DNA from: Candidatus Hermodarchaeum yapensis
Lineage (GTDB): Archaea > Asgardarchaeota > Hermodarchaeia > Hermodarchaeales > Hermodarchaeaceae
Direction of reading: 5' to 3'
NCBI GenBank assembly: GCA_016840405.1
Contig: JAEOSK010000005.1
Location: forward strand, 39,797-103,796
Length of the DNA: 64,000 nucleotides
The translations under genes were made by a program, and so were the position numbers. Under the pieces are notes generated by a model. It saw only the letters and a list, made by a program, of their open reading frames with translations, was not told where the DNA came from and did not search any database. The stretch's first letter is position 1. Every line of letters begins with the position of its first letter. Of this stretch, positions 19,792 through 28,978 are shown piece by piece.

Positions 19792-20883
19792 GTGAAAGAC
19801 CTGATCCACCAACTCTATGTTATCAGTAAAAATGGACCACTTCTCTTCGAAAAGACGTACATCAAAGGGGCAACATCAACTGATCCTGATTTATCCTCCG
19901 GCCTCATAACCGCCCTCTATCATTTTACCAAAGACACTCACGCTGAGATAATTCAAAAATTCGAAATGGAAGACCTCAAACTCATCTTCGATGAGAGCGA
20001 AACGCTACTATTTGCAGCGACTGTTGATAACAAACTTCCAGACAAGGATGCCATTGATGTCATCGAACGAATCCGTGACTATTGGATTCTCCACTATGGC
20101 GAACAAAAAGGAACCAAAATTGAACGGACAAAATACGAACCCTTTGCCATCGATGCTGAACGAATCATCGTTGAGAACTTATGGTGGTTGGGTGAAGGAA
20201 AAAAATTCAGTTTACGGAATCAGGGACGCTATCTGAAAGAAACTATCACACGCCCAAGCCGATGTGTCGGAGCCCGTTATCTTAGTAAAAGCTTCCTGCT
20301 TACACCGATTCTCATTCTACTCGCAACAGTTGTAATCTCATTCATCTTACAGGGTCAAGTCATGGGATTCGGGATGATGTTCTTTGAAACCCAGGCACTC
20401 GAATACCTCATCACGATGACGTTCAACATCGTTGCTTTTTGGCTCATTCTAGCGGTCATGACGACAGCCATTAATAGTCGTCGAGATACCCTTCGAGAAA
20501 CAATCCTCTCATCCGGCTATGTCATGATCTTTATGCTAGCCCTTTTCTTCGTGGCGTCCAAATTCTATGTCGATTTTGTCTATTCGTTGATTTTTCCAGG
20601 ATTCTCATCTCTACCCTTTGATGCTCGAATCAATATCACCAATGACCCCAATTTACAGGTGATTAACTACCTCCTCTGGACAGGTCCAGGTACGATTCTC
20701 CTCTTCACTTGGTTAATTCTGTTTGCTTATGTCACCTACAATCTTCAACGACCCAAACCACTACAACATGTCCTTGCTATCGCCGTTGCTTTTGTGTTTG
20801 TCATCCTAGTGCAAACCGCCTTCTATTACTTCATCTTTGGAGTACCAGTTCTAACACCAATACCATTAACTCCTGCACCTTAA
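19792..20883 (+). CDS. Longin domain fused to a five-TM Yip1-like membrane domain
   Basis: N-terminal longin pattern (LYVISKNGPLLF...DLSSGLITALYHF); then TITRP amphipathic segment and 5 TM helices. Confidence 0.7.
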   Translation: MKDLIHQLYVISKNGPLLFEKTYIKGATSTDPDLSSGLITALYHFTKDTHAEIIQKFEMEDLKLIFDESETLLFAATVDNKLPDKDAIDVIERIRDYWILHYGEQKGTKIERTKYEPFAIDAERIIVENLWWLGEGKKFSLRNQGRYLKETITRPSRCVGARYLSKSFLLTPILILLATVVISFILQGQVMGFGMMFFETQALEYLITMTFNIVAFWLILAVMTTAINSRRDTLRETILSSGYVMIFMLALFFVASKFYVDFVYSLIFPGFSSLPFDARINITNDPNLQVINYLLWTGPGTILLFTWLILFAYVTYNLQRPKPLQHVLAIAVAFVFVILVQTAFYYFIFGVPVLTPIPLTPAP

Positions 20884-20973
20884 GTAGAAAGAAAAAAGGT
20901 CGAAGAAAAAAGAGGGGAGGGAGGGGACCAGTAGTCCCCCATATTTTGATTAGGGAGAGCAGAGGCTCCTAAT

Positions 20974-23900
20974 CTAGCGGTCGGCCCAATAATCGCTTGT
21001 TGCCTTGCGAGTTGCCTTGGAGGGCCCAGAACCGCGACGACGAACATTCATAATACCAACAACTACCAAGATGACAAGGATGGCGACGCCAATCGCAATT
21101 ATTCCAACATTTTGAAGTAGCCAGTCTAGCCCGTCTCCGGGTGGTGGACCGGGTGGAATCATGTTTAGTGCGCTGGTGTAGATGCCGAAGTAGGGATCGT
21201 TGTCAATGGAATAGCCGTCCCAGTTGGTAAAGCCAGAAAGCATGAAGAAGAAGGTGCTTTCCATTTCCCAATGGGTCACGCTCTTTCCAGTTTCTGAATG
21301 GAACATCGCGCTAAAGGCGCCCATTGGAACTGTGGCGGCAGAGCAGTTGTAGGTTTGACCGTCTTTGCCCCAGTCATAGAGTTGGCCGCCCATTTGCACG
21401 GATGCGAACGTACGTCCTTCGGAGCCAAAAAGGTACATGTCACCGATTTCGGTGTTCTCATTATTACTAGCGACTTGTTTGTTGTCAACGCTGAATTCAG
21501 AGAAGGTGTCAGTGCTGAGTGCACCGAAGTAGCTGATAGCAAGTCCACGCCCTTCAAGAACTCGGTTGTCGAAGTGATGGAGGGTCCAATCCCCGATGTA
21601 TTGATCAACCTTGATGTCTACGAGGTTATTGTTTGGTTCAGGGTTCTCTGCTGTGTTCGCAAGTAAGACTTGGAAGTGAACATCAAATCCGATTTCATCG
21701 ATAGTGGCTTGGGAAACCATGTAGTCAAAGTCTGTGGCATTAAGACCAACTAGACCAGCACCAGTACCATGGTAGTCCCAGCAGCTTTTGAGTCCTGTTC
21801 CGAGTTCAGTATGGGTTGGAAAGAGGGTTCCAGTGATATCATAGATTCGGACACCATAATCAACCCATTCGCTGGTAGAGATTTGTCGTTGACCATCTGA
21901 TTCAGTAGAGTTGAAAGGTAAGGTGAAACTGATGCTTCCGACATCTTCCATTAGGAAGTAGTGGGTTACTTCGTCAGTATCAATAAACCCTTCAGTGACG
22001 TAAAAATCGGGAACTCCATTACCTCCAAGTGTTTGGTTATCAGTAAACAGGAGGAGGCCAGAGAAGGCAGTGTGGAAGTTTGCGTGAGTTGTAGAATTGT
22101 CATCAAAGGCGAGTACAAAGCCTTGGGTGGTGTCAAAACCAAACCAGGAAAATTCCCAAGTGTTATCATCAAGCCACCACCATTCAGCTTGGATGTCGTC
22201 CCAGCTTCGGTTGAGGGTCATCCAAGCGATGCCATGATAACCCGGAGCAGGTATCTGTTCAGTCATATTCAGCCAGACGGTATCGAGGATCGATGCCATT
22301 TCAGGTGCACTGACGAGAGATAAGTCGTTGCTGTGATACCAGTAGAAGGATTCGTTCCATTGGTAGGTTACTCGGTCAGTGTGCAACCCCATCCAGCTGG
22401 AGGACATAAATTCGTCGCCTTGATGCTCAAACATTGGTGTTGGATCAAAGGTGATATGAACAAAGAGCGAATCATCCGTCCATTCATGATCGTCGTGCCA
22501 ATTGTAAACCCGCTTCACATAGTACTGGTCAGCGATTGTTTCGAGGTCACCGTCTAAATCGAGTGCACCGTCTTCAGTAACCGCCCATAACTCAGGAATA
22601 TAGGACCAGGTGTTGCCTAGGGTGAACCATGAGGGAGTCCATTGGGTTCGTCCACCAAAGTAGAGAAACTCTATGTTCCACCATTGGGGTTCCCAGGTGC
22701 CAGTCGTATTCCAGTAGATAGTGCGGTTTTGTTGTGCTTGGAACTCAAACCAGTAGTCGCCATGAGGCGCTCCATTTAAGAATTTCATTTCTACGTTAAA
22801 CTTCGTCAACTGTTCAGCAATGTCAATTTCAACGCCAAAAACCTGAATAAGGTTTGAGAGACCAACTGTGGTGTTCGTTTCAACCCGGCTTACCAAGAAA
22901 CCATCCATGCTAAACCAAGTTTCATTGACTATACTACAGTATTGGTCAATCACTGTCAAAGTATCAGCATCAATGAGCAGATTGATGCTAGAATAGGCAT
23001 TCCAATTATGCGTGTCATTCCATCCCCAAGCATTCCCGCCAATCCAAAGGGTTATAGTCTCCAATGTGAGCTCCTCACGTTCCCATTGTCCAGCAGAATT
23101 GTCTGGATCACTAAAGTGTTCAAAGAGTTCAGAGGATGCATGTACATCCAAGGAAATGTTAACGTGCTCCAGGGGATCTGCTTGTGTGCGGATTTCTCCG
23201 GTAAAAGCGTCACGAATGAAGCCATCGGCAAGGAAGTCATTGTATCCAAATCGAAAACCATCTGTCTCACAGAAGCTCATGCTGGGCTCGGCTCGTTTTC
23301 CATCAAGTGTGGAAGTGCCATGCTCTCGGGGTTGTCCAGCCCAGACATGGAAGAATCCGCCATAATTATCGTTACCGTGATTCAATACTGCCTCGGTTAA
23401 CGAAAACTTCCAGTGGATAGTCTGAGGATCTAAATCACCGCTCGAAGGATCAAAGACGATGAAATCAGGAAGGATAGAGGCATTGACAACCATCTCTGGT
23501 TGATACATCCAATTACCCATTCCACTACCGTAATCTTCCCAGACATAGGATTCATACTTGTAAAACGCAAAGGCTTCAGCAACATCTGTTGTTGCATTAT
23601 AAGAGAAGCCAAGGCTAGGATACAGCCACGCTTCATACTCGTACCACGCCGTGTTAAAGTCCGAATAATCTTCAGGATATGAGACATTCATGCGAATAAC
23701 GTATTCTGGTTGCCAGCCTCCATCAATAATCCAGTCAAGGGAGAAACCGGCAAAACCGACTGGTTCAGTCATAGTAAGTTCGACAATAAGGGGATCTCCA
23801 GCTTCAGCGTACTGAATGGGCATTAAAGATGTCCCGTTCAATAGTCGTAATTCGTATTCGGGCATTGGCATGAAACCATGGTGGAAGTCCAGTTCACATT

Positions 23901-24573
23901 CAAGAGCAATGGGGGGCATGGGCATATCGCCAGTGTAGCCTAGATTGAACCAACTAGGATAGATGAAGTTGTTTGCGTCGTCCATAGCATGAGCATAGCT
24001 ATGATACACACCAATGGGTGCGAAAGAGTTGAAAACTCCAGTGAAGGTGATATTGAGCATTGTCGTGTCTTCCGTGATGAATCCACCCTGAAAGTCAAAG
24101 AATTCCACAGGGTCTCGTGGGTCGCTGGGCATCATGTCATGAAGAGCACTGAATACATTCCAGTCACCTGTCTTTGTGAAATAATCCATCCAGATGCCAG
24201 CAGAATGAGTTTCATTATACATATCGAGGCCAATCGTCGCCATCTCTAACTCTGTGTTCCCTTGTTCAAAGAACGCTTTCGGAACAATCAAAGTGAATTT
24301 CATGAGATCACCCCGATCGGCTTGATACTCATTCACTGCGATGTCGGTGTCATTTTCGTAAGTAATGATCAGTTGGAGTGTTTCCCCAAACAACCATTCC
24401 GTGTTTGTACTATCCCATGTACTTGTATCGAAAAACTGATTCCGCTGCCAGTCCACAAAAATGAACGGATCGGTTGATTGTGGACCATGCTGAGCAAGAG
24501 TTACTGTAGGTATAATCGTGATACAGATAGTGAAAAGTAGGCAAATAGCAAGTATACTCCAAATTCGTTTCAT
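20974..24573 (-). CDS. Large acidic, membrane-anchored cell-surface (S-layer-like) glycoprotein
   Basis: Signal peptide; D/W/F/T-rich; many NxS/T sites; Pro linker, C-terminal TM helix and basic tail. Confidence 0.8.
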   Translation of the reverse strand: MKRIWSILAICLLFTICITIIPTVTLAQHGPQSTDPFIFVDWQRNQFFDTSTWDSTNTEWLFGETLQLIITYENDTDIAVNEYQADRGDLMKFTLIVPKAFFEQGNTELEMATIGLDMYNETHSAGIWMDYFTKTGDWNVFSALHDMMPSDPRDPVEFFDFQGGFITEDTTMLNITFTGVFNSFAPIGVYHSYAHAMDDANNFIYPSWFNLGYTGDMPMPPIALECELDFHHGFMPMPEYELRLLNGTSLMPIQYAEAGDPLIVELTMTEPVGFAGFSLDWIIDGGWQPEYVIRMNVSYPEDYSDFNTAWYEYEAWLYPSLGFSYNATTDVAEAFAFYKYESYVWEDYGSGMGNWMYQPEMVVNASILPDFIVFDPSSGDLDPQTIHWKFSLTEAVLNHGNDNYGGFFHVWAGQPREHGTSTLDGKRAEPSMSFCETDGFRFGYNDFLADGFIRDAFTGEIRTQADPLEHVNISLDVHASSELFEHFSDPDNSAGQWEREELTLETITLWIGGNAWGWNDTHNWNAYSSINLLIDADTLTVIDQYCSIVNETWFSMDGFLVSRVETNTTVGLSNLIQVFGVEIDIAEQLTKFNVEMKFLNGAPHGDYWFEFQAQQNRTIYWNTTGTWEPQWWNIEFLYFGGRTQWTPSWFTLGNTWSYIPELWAVTEDGALDLDGDLETIADQYYVKRVYNWHDDHEWTDDSLFVHITFDPTPMFEHQGDEFMSSSWMGLHTDRVTYQWNESFYWYHSNDLSLVSAPEMASILDTVWLNMTEQIPAPGYHGIAWMTLNRSWDDIQAEWWWLDDNTWEFSWFGFDTTQGFVLAFDDNSTTHANFHTAFSGLLLFTDNQTLGGNGVPDFYVTEGFIDTDEVTHYFLMEDVGSISFTLPFNSTESDGQRQISTSEWVDYGVRIYDITGTLFPTHTELGTGLKSCWDYHGTGAGLVGLNATDFDYMVSQATIDEIGFDVHFQVLLANTAENPEPNNNLVDIKVDQYIGDWTLHHFDNRVLEGRGLAISYFGALSTDTFSEFSVDNKQVASNNENTEIGDMYLFGSEGRTFASVQMGGQLYDWGKDGQTYNCSAATVPMGAFSAMFHSETGKSVTHWEMESTFFFMLSGFTNWDGYSIDNDPYFGIYTSALNMIPPGPPPGDGLDWLLQNVGIIAIGVAILVILVVVGIMNVRRRGSGPSKATRKATSDYWADR

Positions 24574-24906
24574 GGCTCGAATCCCCGCTAAAGGATGCGT
24601 TGCTTCTCTAGAATCAAAAATCCGTAGCTAAAAACATTGGTTGTCGGGAAAGGAAGCTTCTGAACGCCTTGAAGATATCGCAAGCCAATGAGCTTTTGTT
24701 GGCTCAAACAGTCTTTGGAAGAAAATTTCATTCCATCCATTTTTTTGGAAAAATTGGCAACTACTATCCAGCGGATAATTTCGCAGAATTAAACTTCATT
24801 GCTAATACACCACATGAATTTCGAGAAAGATTTTGATTAAACACATCATGGGATTTCCTCATCACAAGAAGTGGGATAATTAGCCAGCATCCTTGACGAC
24901 AAGCTT

Positions 24907-26565
24907 TTGTATATCAATTACACTGCGTACTCCTACGAATTAGATGAGGATTTGAAACAGTTGTTTAAAACTAGTTCTGAATTCTTTCCAAAAGATGCCA
25001 AAGTTCTCAAAGACATGCCTTGGGTTGGACGTGTCTCCTTTGCCGATATCAAAGAAAAAATCGAAGAGATTAAAACCCGTCCTATCATGTGCAGTAATTG
25101 TGGTGGTGCATTAACCAACCCCGATATTATCCAAGTTTCACCTACAAAAGGCAAGACCTTCCAGTGTGAATTTTGTGGCACCCTAAACGTCATCCCGAAG
25201 GATCTTATGCCTGGAACGGATCTGTCTGAGTTCGTGTTGGGGCAGCTTACTCGTGCTAAACCCATCACTGAGGATACACTGCTTGCTGTGATTGACATTT
25301 CTGGATCAATGAGTGGTGGTAAATTAGCAGCGGTGAAAGAGTCACTGATCCGAACCGTGACCGATTTGAGCGTCAATGCTCCTGAAACAACTTTTGGGCT
25401 TCTAGCCTTCCATAGTGATGTTTATTGTTATGATGAAAACATGAAGGAAGTTTTCACGCTTTCAGGGGATATGCGATACAGTGTGGAAGAAATCACCAAA
25501 GCTGTGGAGAAGAAATTGAAAGATGTCGAGCTCAAACCCTTGAAGAAAACTAAGAAAAAATGGGTCTCGAATATTGAAAAACTCCGAGATATTGACATGA
25601 CTGCCCTAGGTCCTGCCATGGTAGCTGGTTATGTCATTATGAAAGATCGGGGTGGACGCATCATTCTCCTCACTGATGGCCTTGCTAATGAAGGCGTTGG
25701 GACCCTTGAAGGTTCTTCAACAACTGGGGCTCAACTGTACGAAGATTTGGCTATCAAAGCGGCCAATGCAAGTATCATCATTGACGTGGTTGGGATTAAA
25801 GATCCATCTGCCTTTATGGCGCTAGAAGCCCTGGCTGTGATGCCTATGCAAACTGGCGGAACCATGTTTTATGCTCAAGCCTCTGAAATTGCTGCCGCCA
25901 TGAGTTCATCTTCAAGTGGGAAGATTGTGGCCAGGGGAGTGAAAATGCGAGTCATTACTCCCGAAGATGTTGAGGTGGCTGAAGTTAGCGGACTTGGTGG
26001 AACCGATGCAGAACAACTGAAAAAAGGCATTCGGATTGGATCTGTAACTGAGGACCGGGAAGTGTATGTTCGGCTCACTCCAGCAGCGAAAGTGAAAGAA
26101 AAAGAAGTACCCATCCAAGTTCAAGTCTCCTACATGGATGAAGAAGGCAACCAGCGAATGCGAGTCATGACTAAACGAGTCAAAGTCACCGATGATGCCA
26201 AACCCATCATCGAAACTCTTGATGTCGAACTACCAGCCACTTACGCCGTCCAACGGGCTGGTGAAGAACAGTATCGGGGCGAAGTTGCTAAGAGCAAGAA
26301 AATCCTTGAAAACACTCAAAACGCGTATAGAGCCGTGCGAAACAAAGCTCCGGCATCACTTGTAAAGGCTATCGAAAAAGCTGACAAGATACTTGATGAA
26401 GAAATCGCCGAAGCCGATCAAGTTGCGGAACGACAGAAGGAAGAGATGAGTAAACGGTCTGTCGTGGGTGTCGCCCAGGCGGCACCAATTGCCGATGAGG
26501 ATGCCGCGTTGAGTATGCAGAAGGCACGTAAATCCAGTAAACAACTCTTCGAAGATGAAGAATAA
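24907..26565 (+). CDS. Sec23/Sec24-like protein (zinc finger + vWA + beta-sandwich + helical domain)
   Basis: CSNC...CEFCGTLN finger, DISGSM MIDAS, LLTDGLANEG and TGG motifs. Confidence 0.85.
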   Translation: MYINYTAYSYELDEDLKQLFKTSSEFFPKDAKVLKDMPWVGRVSFADIKEKIEEIKTRPIMCSNCGGALTNPDIIQVSPTKGKTFQCEFCGTLNVIPKDLMPGTDLSEFVLGQLTRAKPITEDTLLAVIDISGSMSGGKLAAVKESLIRTVTDLSVNAPETTFGLLAFHSDVYCYDENMKEVFTLSGDMRYSVEEITKAVEKKLKDVELKPLKKTKKKWVSNIEKLRDIDMTALGPAMVAGYVIMKDRGGRIILLTDGLANEGVGTLEGSSTTGAQLYEDLAIKAANASIIIDVVGIKDPSAFMALEALAVMPMQTGGTMFYAQASEIAAAMSSSSSGKIVARGVKMRVITPEDVEVAEVSGLGGTDAEQLKKGIRIGSVTEDREVYVRLTPAAKVKEKEVPIQVQVSYMDEEGNQRMRVMTKRVKVTDDAKPIIETLDVELPATYAVQRAGEEQYRGEVAKSKKILENTQNAYRAVRNKAPASLVKAIEKADKILDEEIAEADQVAERQKEEMSKRSVVGVAQAAPIADEDAALSMQKARKSSKQLFEDEE

Positions 26566-26585
26566 CCTACTAAGCCTAAAAATCA

Positions 26586-26625
26586 GAGGGAACCATTCGA
26601 TAGGATTCCTTCTCGCACCTTTTTT
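26586..26625. terminator. Hairpin plus T tract between convergent genes
   Basis: AGAGGGAA...TTCCTTCT imperfect stem followed by a T run. Confidence 0.4.
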
Positions 26626-26670
26626 CAGAGAATATCGTCGATTAGGCGAAATGATGTGATTAGCATCAAC

Positions 26671-27846
26671 TTAGAAATTTTTCATTATGGGCTCATATTC
26701 CTTGAAGAGGTATCGGGAGATGACATACTGTTGGATTTGGCTAGTTCCTTCATAAATCTGGTAGAGTTTTGCGTCTCGGAAAAGTTTCTGTATTGGATAT
26801 TGTTCGAGGTAGCCTTTGCCACCGTAAATTTGGAGAGCGTCGGTTACAATTTTCATAGCATCTTCCGAACCAACGAGTTTAGCACAACTCGAGGCAACGT
26901 TGGCAATGTTTCCATCGGCGCGTGTATCGACTAGCCAGGCAGCCCGCCAAGTTAGGAGACGCATAGCTTCAATACGAGCATACATATCTGCAACCATGGT
27001 TTGGATAGCTTGGAAGCTACTGATTTTCTTTCCAAAAGCATCGCGCTGTTTTGCATAGTTCATGGCGTATTCCATAGCTGAACGAGCAAGCCCAGTAGCC
27101 ATTGCACCAATAGCTGGACGAGTTTTGACAAAGGTCATCATGGCTAGAAGGAAACCAGTGCCTTCGGCTCCTAGAATGTTTTCTGCTGGCACCTTAGCAT
27201 CCCTTAAAATAACTGCAGCTGTATCAGAAGCGCGATGGCCAAGCTTTTTCAATGGTTTCCCAGTTGATACACCTTCTGTATCACTGGGAACGATAAACGC
27301 TGAGAGTCCCTGATGGCGTTCACTGCCCTGTTGTCTAGCGAAAATGACGAACACATCGGCATGATTGCCGTTGGTAATCCAGAACTTATTGCCATTAAGG
27401 ATGAAAGCGTCGCCTTTACGTGAATAAGTGGTTTTGATTCCAGCCACATCTGATCCCATGCCGGGTTCACTAGTGGCGAAGGAGACGAACTGGAGTTCCT
27501 TGGAGAGAGGTGTGAGCCATTTCTGTTTCTGGTCTTCAGAGCCCCCGAGGATGATGGGTGTAGTGCCTAAGTCATTAACGTAAATAGAGGTAGTCATTCC
27601 GGCACAGGCGGCTGCCATTTCTTCGACCACAAGCACCGATTCGAGCTGACCATATTCAGGTCCGCCATATTTCTTCGGAACACCAAGATTCATCAACCCG
27701 AGTTTATGTGCTTTTGCTATCACTTCTCGTGGAAATTCCCCGGTCTGATCATAGTGCTGCGAGACGGGTAGCACTTCATTCAAGGCGAATTCTCGGGCTT
27801 TAGCTTGCAGGGCTAGTTGGTCGTCGGTGAGTTGAAAATCTATCAT
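26671..27846 (-). CDS. Acyl-CoA dehydrogenase
   Basis: FATSEPGMGSD, NGNKFWITNG, QIYGGKGY and YEGTSQIQ motifs. Confidence 0.96.
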   Translation of the reverse strand: MIDFQLTDDQLALQAKAREFALNEVLPVSQHYDQTGEFPREVIAKAHKLGLMNLGVPKKYGGPEYGQLESVLVVEEMAAACAGMTTSIYVNDLGTTPIILGGSEDQKQKWLTPLSKELQFVSFATSEPGMGSDVAGIKTTYSRKGDAFILNGNKFWITNGNHADVFVIFARQQGSERHQGLSAFIVPSDTEGVSTGKPLKKLGHRASDTAAVILRDAKVPAENILGAEGTGFLLAMMTFVKTRPAIGAMATGLARSAMEYAMNYAKQRDAFGKKISSFQAIQTMVADMYARIEAMRLLTWRAAWLVDTRADGNIANVASSCAKLVGSEDAMKIVTDALQIYGGKGYLEQYPIQKLFRDAKLYQIYEGTSQIQQYVISRYLFKEYEPIMKNF

Positions 27847-27913
27847 AATGACCCAGACCTCGCTTCCGAGAAGGAGGTCTTAGTATTTGAGTTACACTGT
27901 CTTGCGACTCTGA

Positions 27914-28720
27914 TCATTCTGATGGAGGTTTTTCAAGGAATTGATAGGACTTTTTCTTTGCTTGTTTCCAGCGAATAATTCCGTAGACAACGCCAATCAC
28001 TATAATGAGAATTATTACGATGCAAGCGATTAGCAGTTCCAATTCAAGGAGACCAAACAAAGAAGATGGCGTGATTGGAAGCACTTCATCATACACGATT
28101 ATGTTGTCAATAACATGTCTGTCATAACAGGTGAAGTAGAAGTATGATGACGTGTTGAAATTAACACTATCAACTTCGAGGCTAAGAATTGAATTTACGT
28201 AAAGACACATGTGACCACTCGTATCGCGAGTGATATCCAAATGGAGCCATTTCTCCTTGATGCCTCCTGATGGCATGCAAGAACCTAGATTCTCTGAGTC
28301 CGCTCCATCATCCACCCAAATCTCAACACCATCATACGGTGAGATATGAAGTAAATAGCCATCCCAGGGTAGCAGGGAAGAATCCAGTGTGTTTACAATA
28401 AACCAGACATAGGGACAGTAATACACATCGGCATGGTAGATATCAAAACTCCAAGTACCAGATGCTATATTGGAATTGTAGAAAATTCTATTCATTTCAT
28501 CTGCAGTTGCACCCTCTAGTTGATCATTTTGCGCAGTGAAAGAACCTTCCGTAACGGTCCACCCGTCATAGTTTTGATCATCAAAATTATCTTCCCATAC
28601 AATAGAATTCGTACCAACCGAAAGAGAACTCGTTGAAAAAATCAGAAACACGAATGCTAATCCAACAAAAGAGAAAGAGATGTTCTTTCCATGCATAGAA
28701 ACCACCCATAACTTTGTCAA
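27914..28720 (-). CDS. Secreted, membrane-anchored concanavalin/LamG-like beta-sandwich protein
   Basis: Signal peptide, WEDNFDD, WLHLDITRD...LYVN and IDNIIV motifs; C-terminal TM helix. Confidence 0.7.
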   Translation of the reverse strand: MTKLWVVSMHGKNISFSFVGLAFVFLIFSTSSLSVGTNSIVWEDNFDDQNYDGWTVTEGSFTAQNDQLEGATADEMNRIFYNSNIASGTWSFDIYHADVYYCPYVWFIVNTLDSSLLPWDGYLLHISPYDGVEIWVDDGADSENLGSCMPSGGIKEKWLHLDITRDTSGHMCLYVNSILSLEVDSVNFNTSSYFYFTCYDRHVIDNIIVYDEVLPITPSSLFGLLELELLIACIVIILIIVIGVVYGIIRWKQAKKKSYQFLEKPPSE

Positions 28721-28978
28721 AGTGTTGCTCCATTATTAAAGCGTATATTTTTCGGTAGAAGTCCAGTAGGTCGTGCGAATTAGAAAAAACGACCATGGGT
28801 TTTGTTGAAGTGCTCACTTGGTGACCACTGTTTTGGGCAGTTTTTCACAGATTCTCTTTGTACTCTGACCACACCTAGAAGTACTTGGTGATGAAAAATG
28901 CGATTTTATGCAATCTTCACAATGCATATGTACTACAAACGACGACTGCTGGAGAATCACAGAAAAAAGCCCTGGTAA

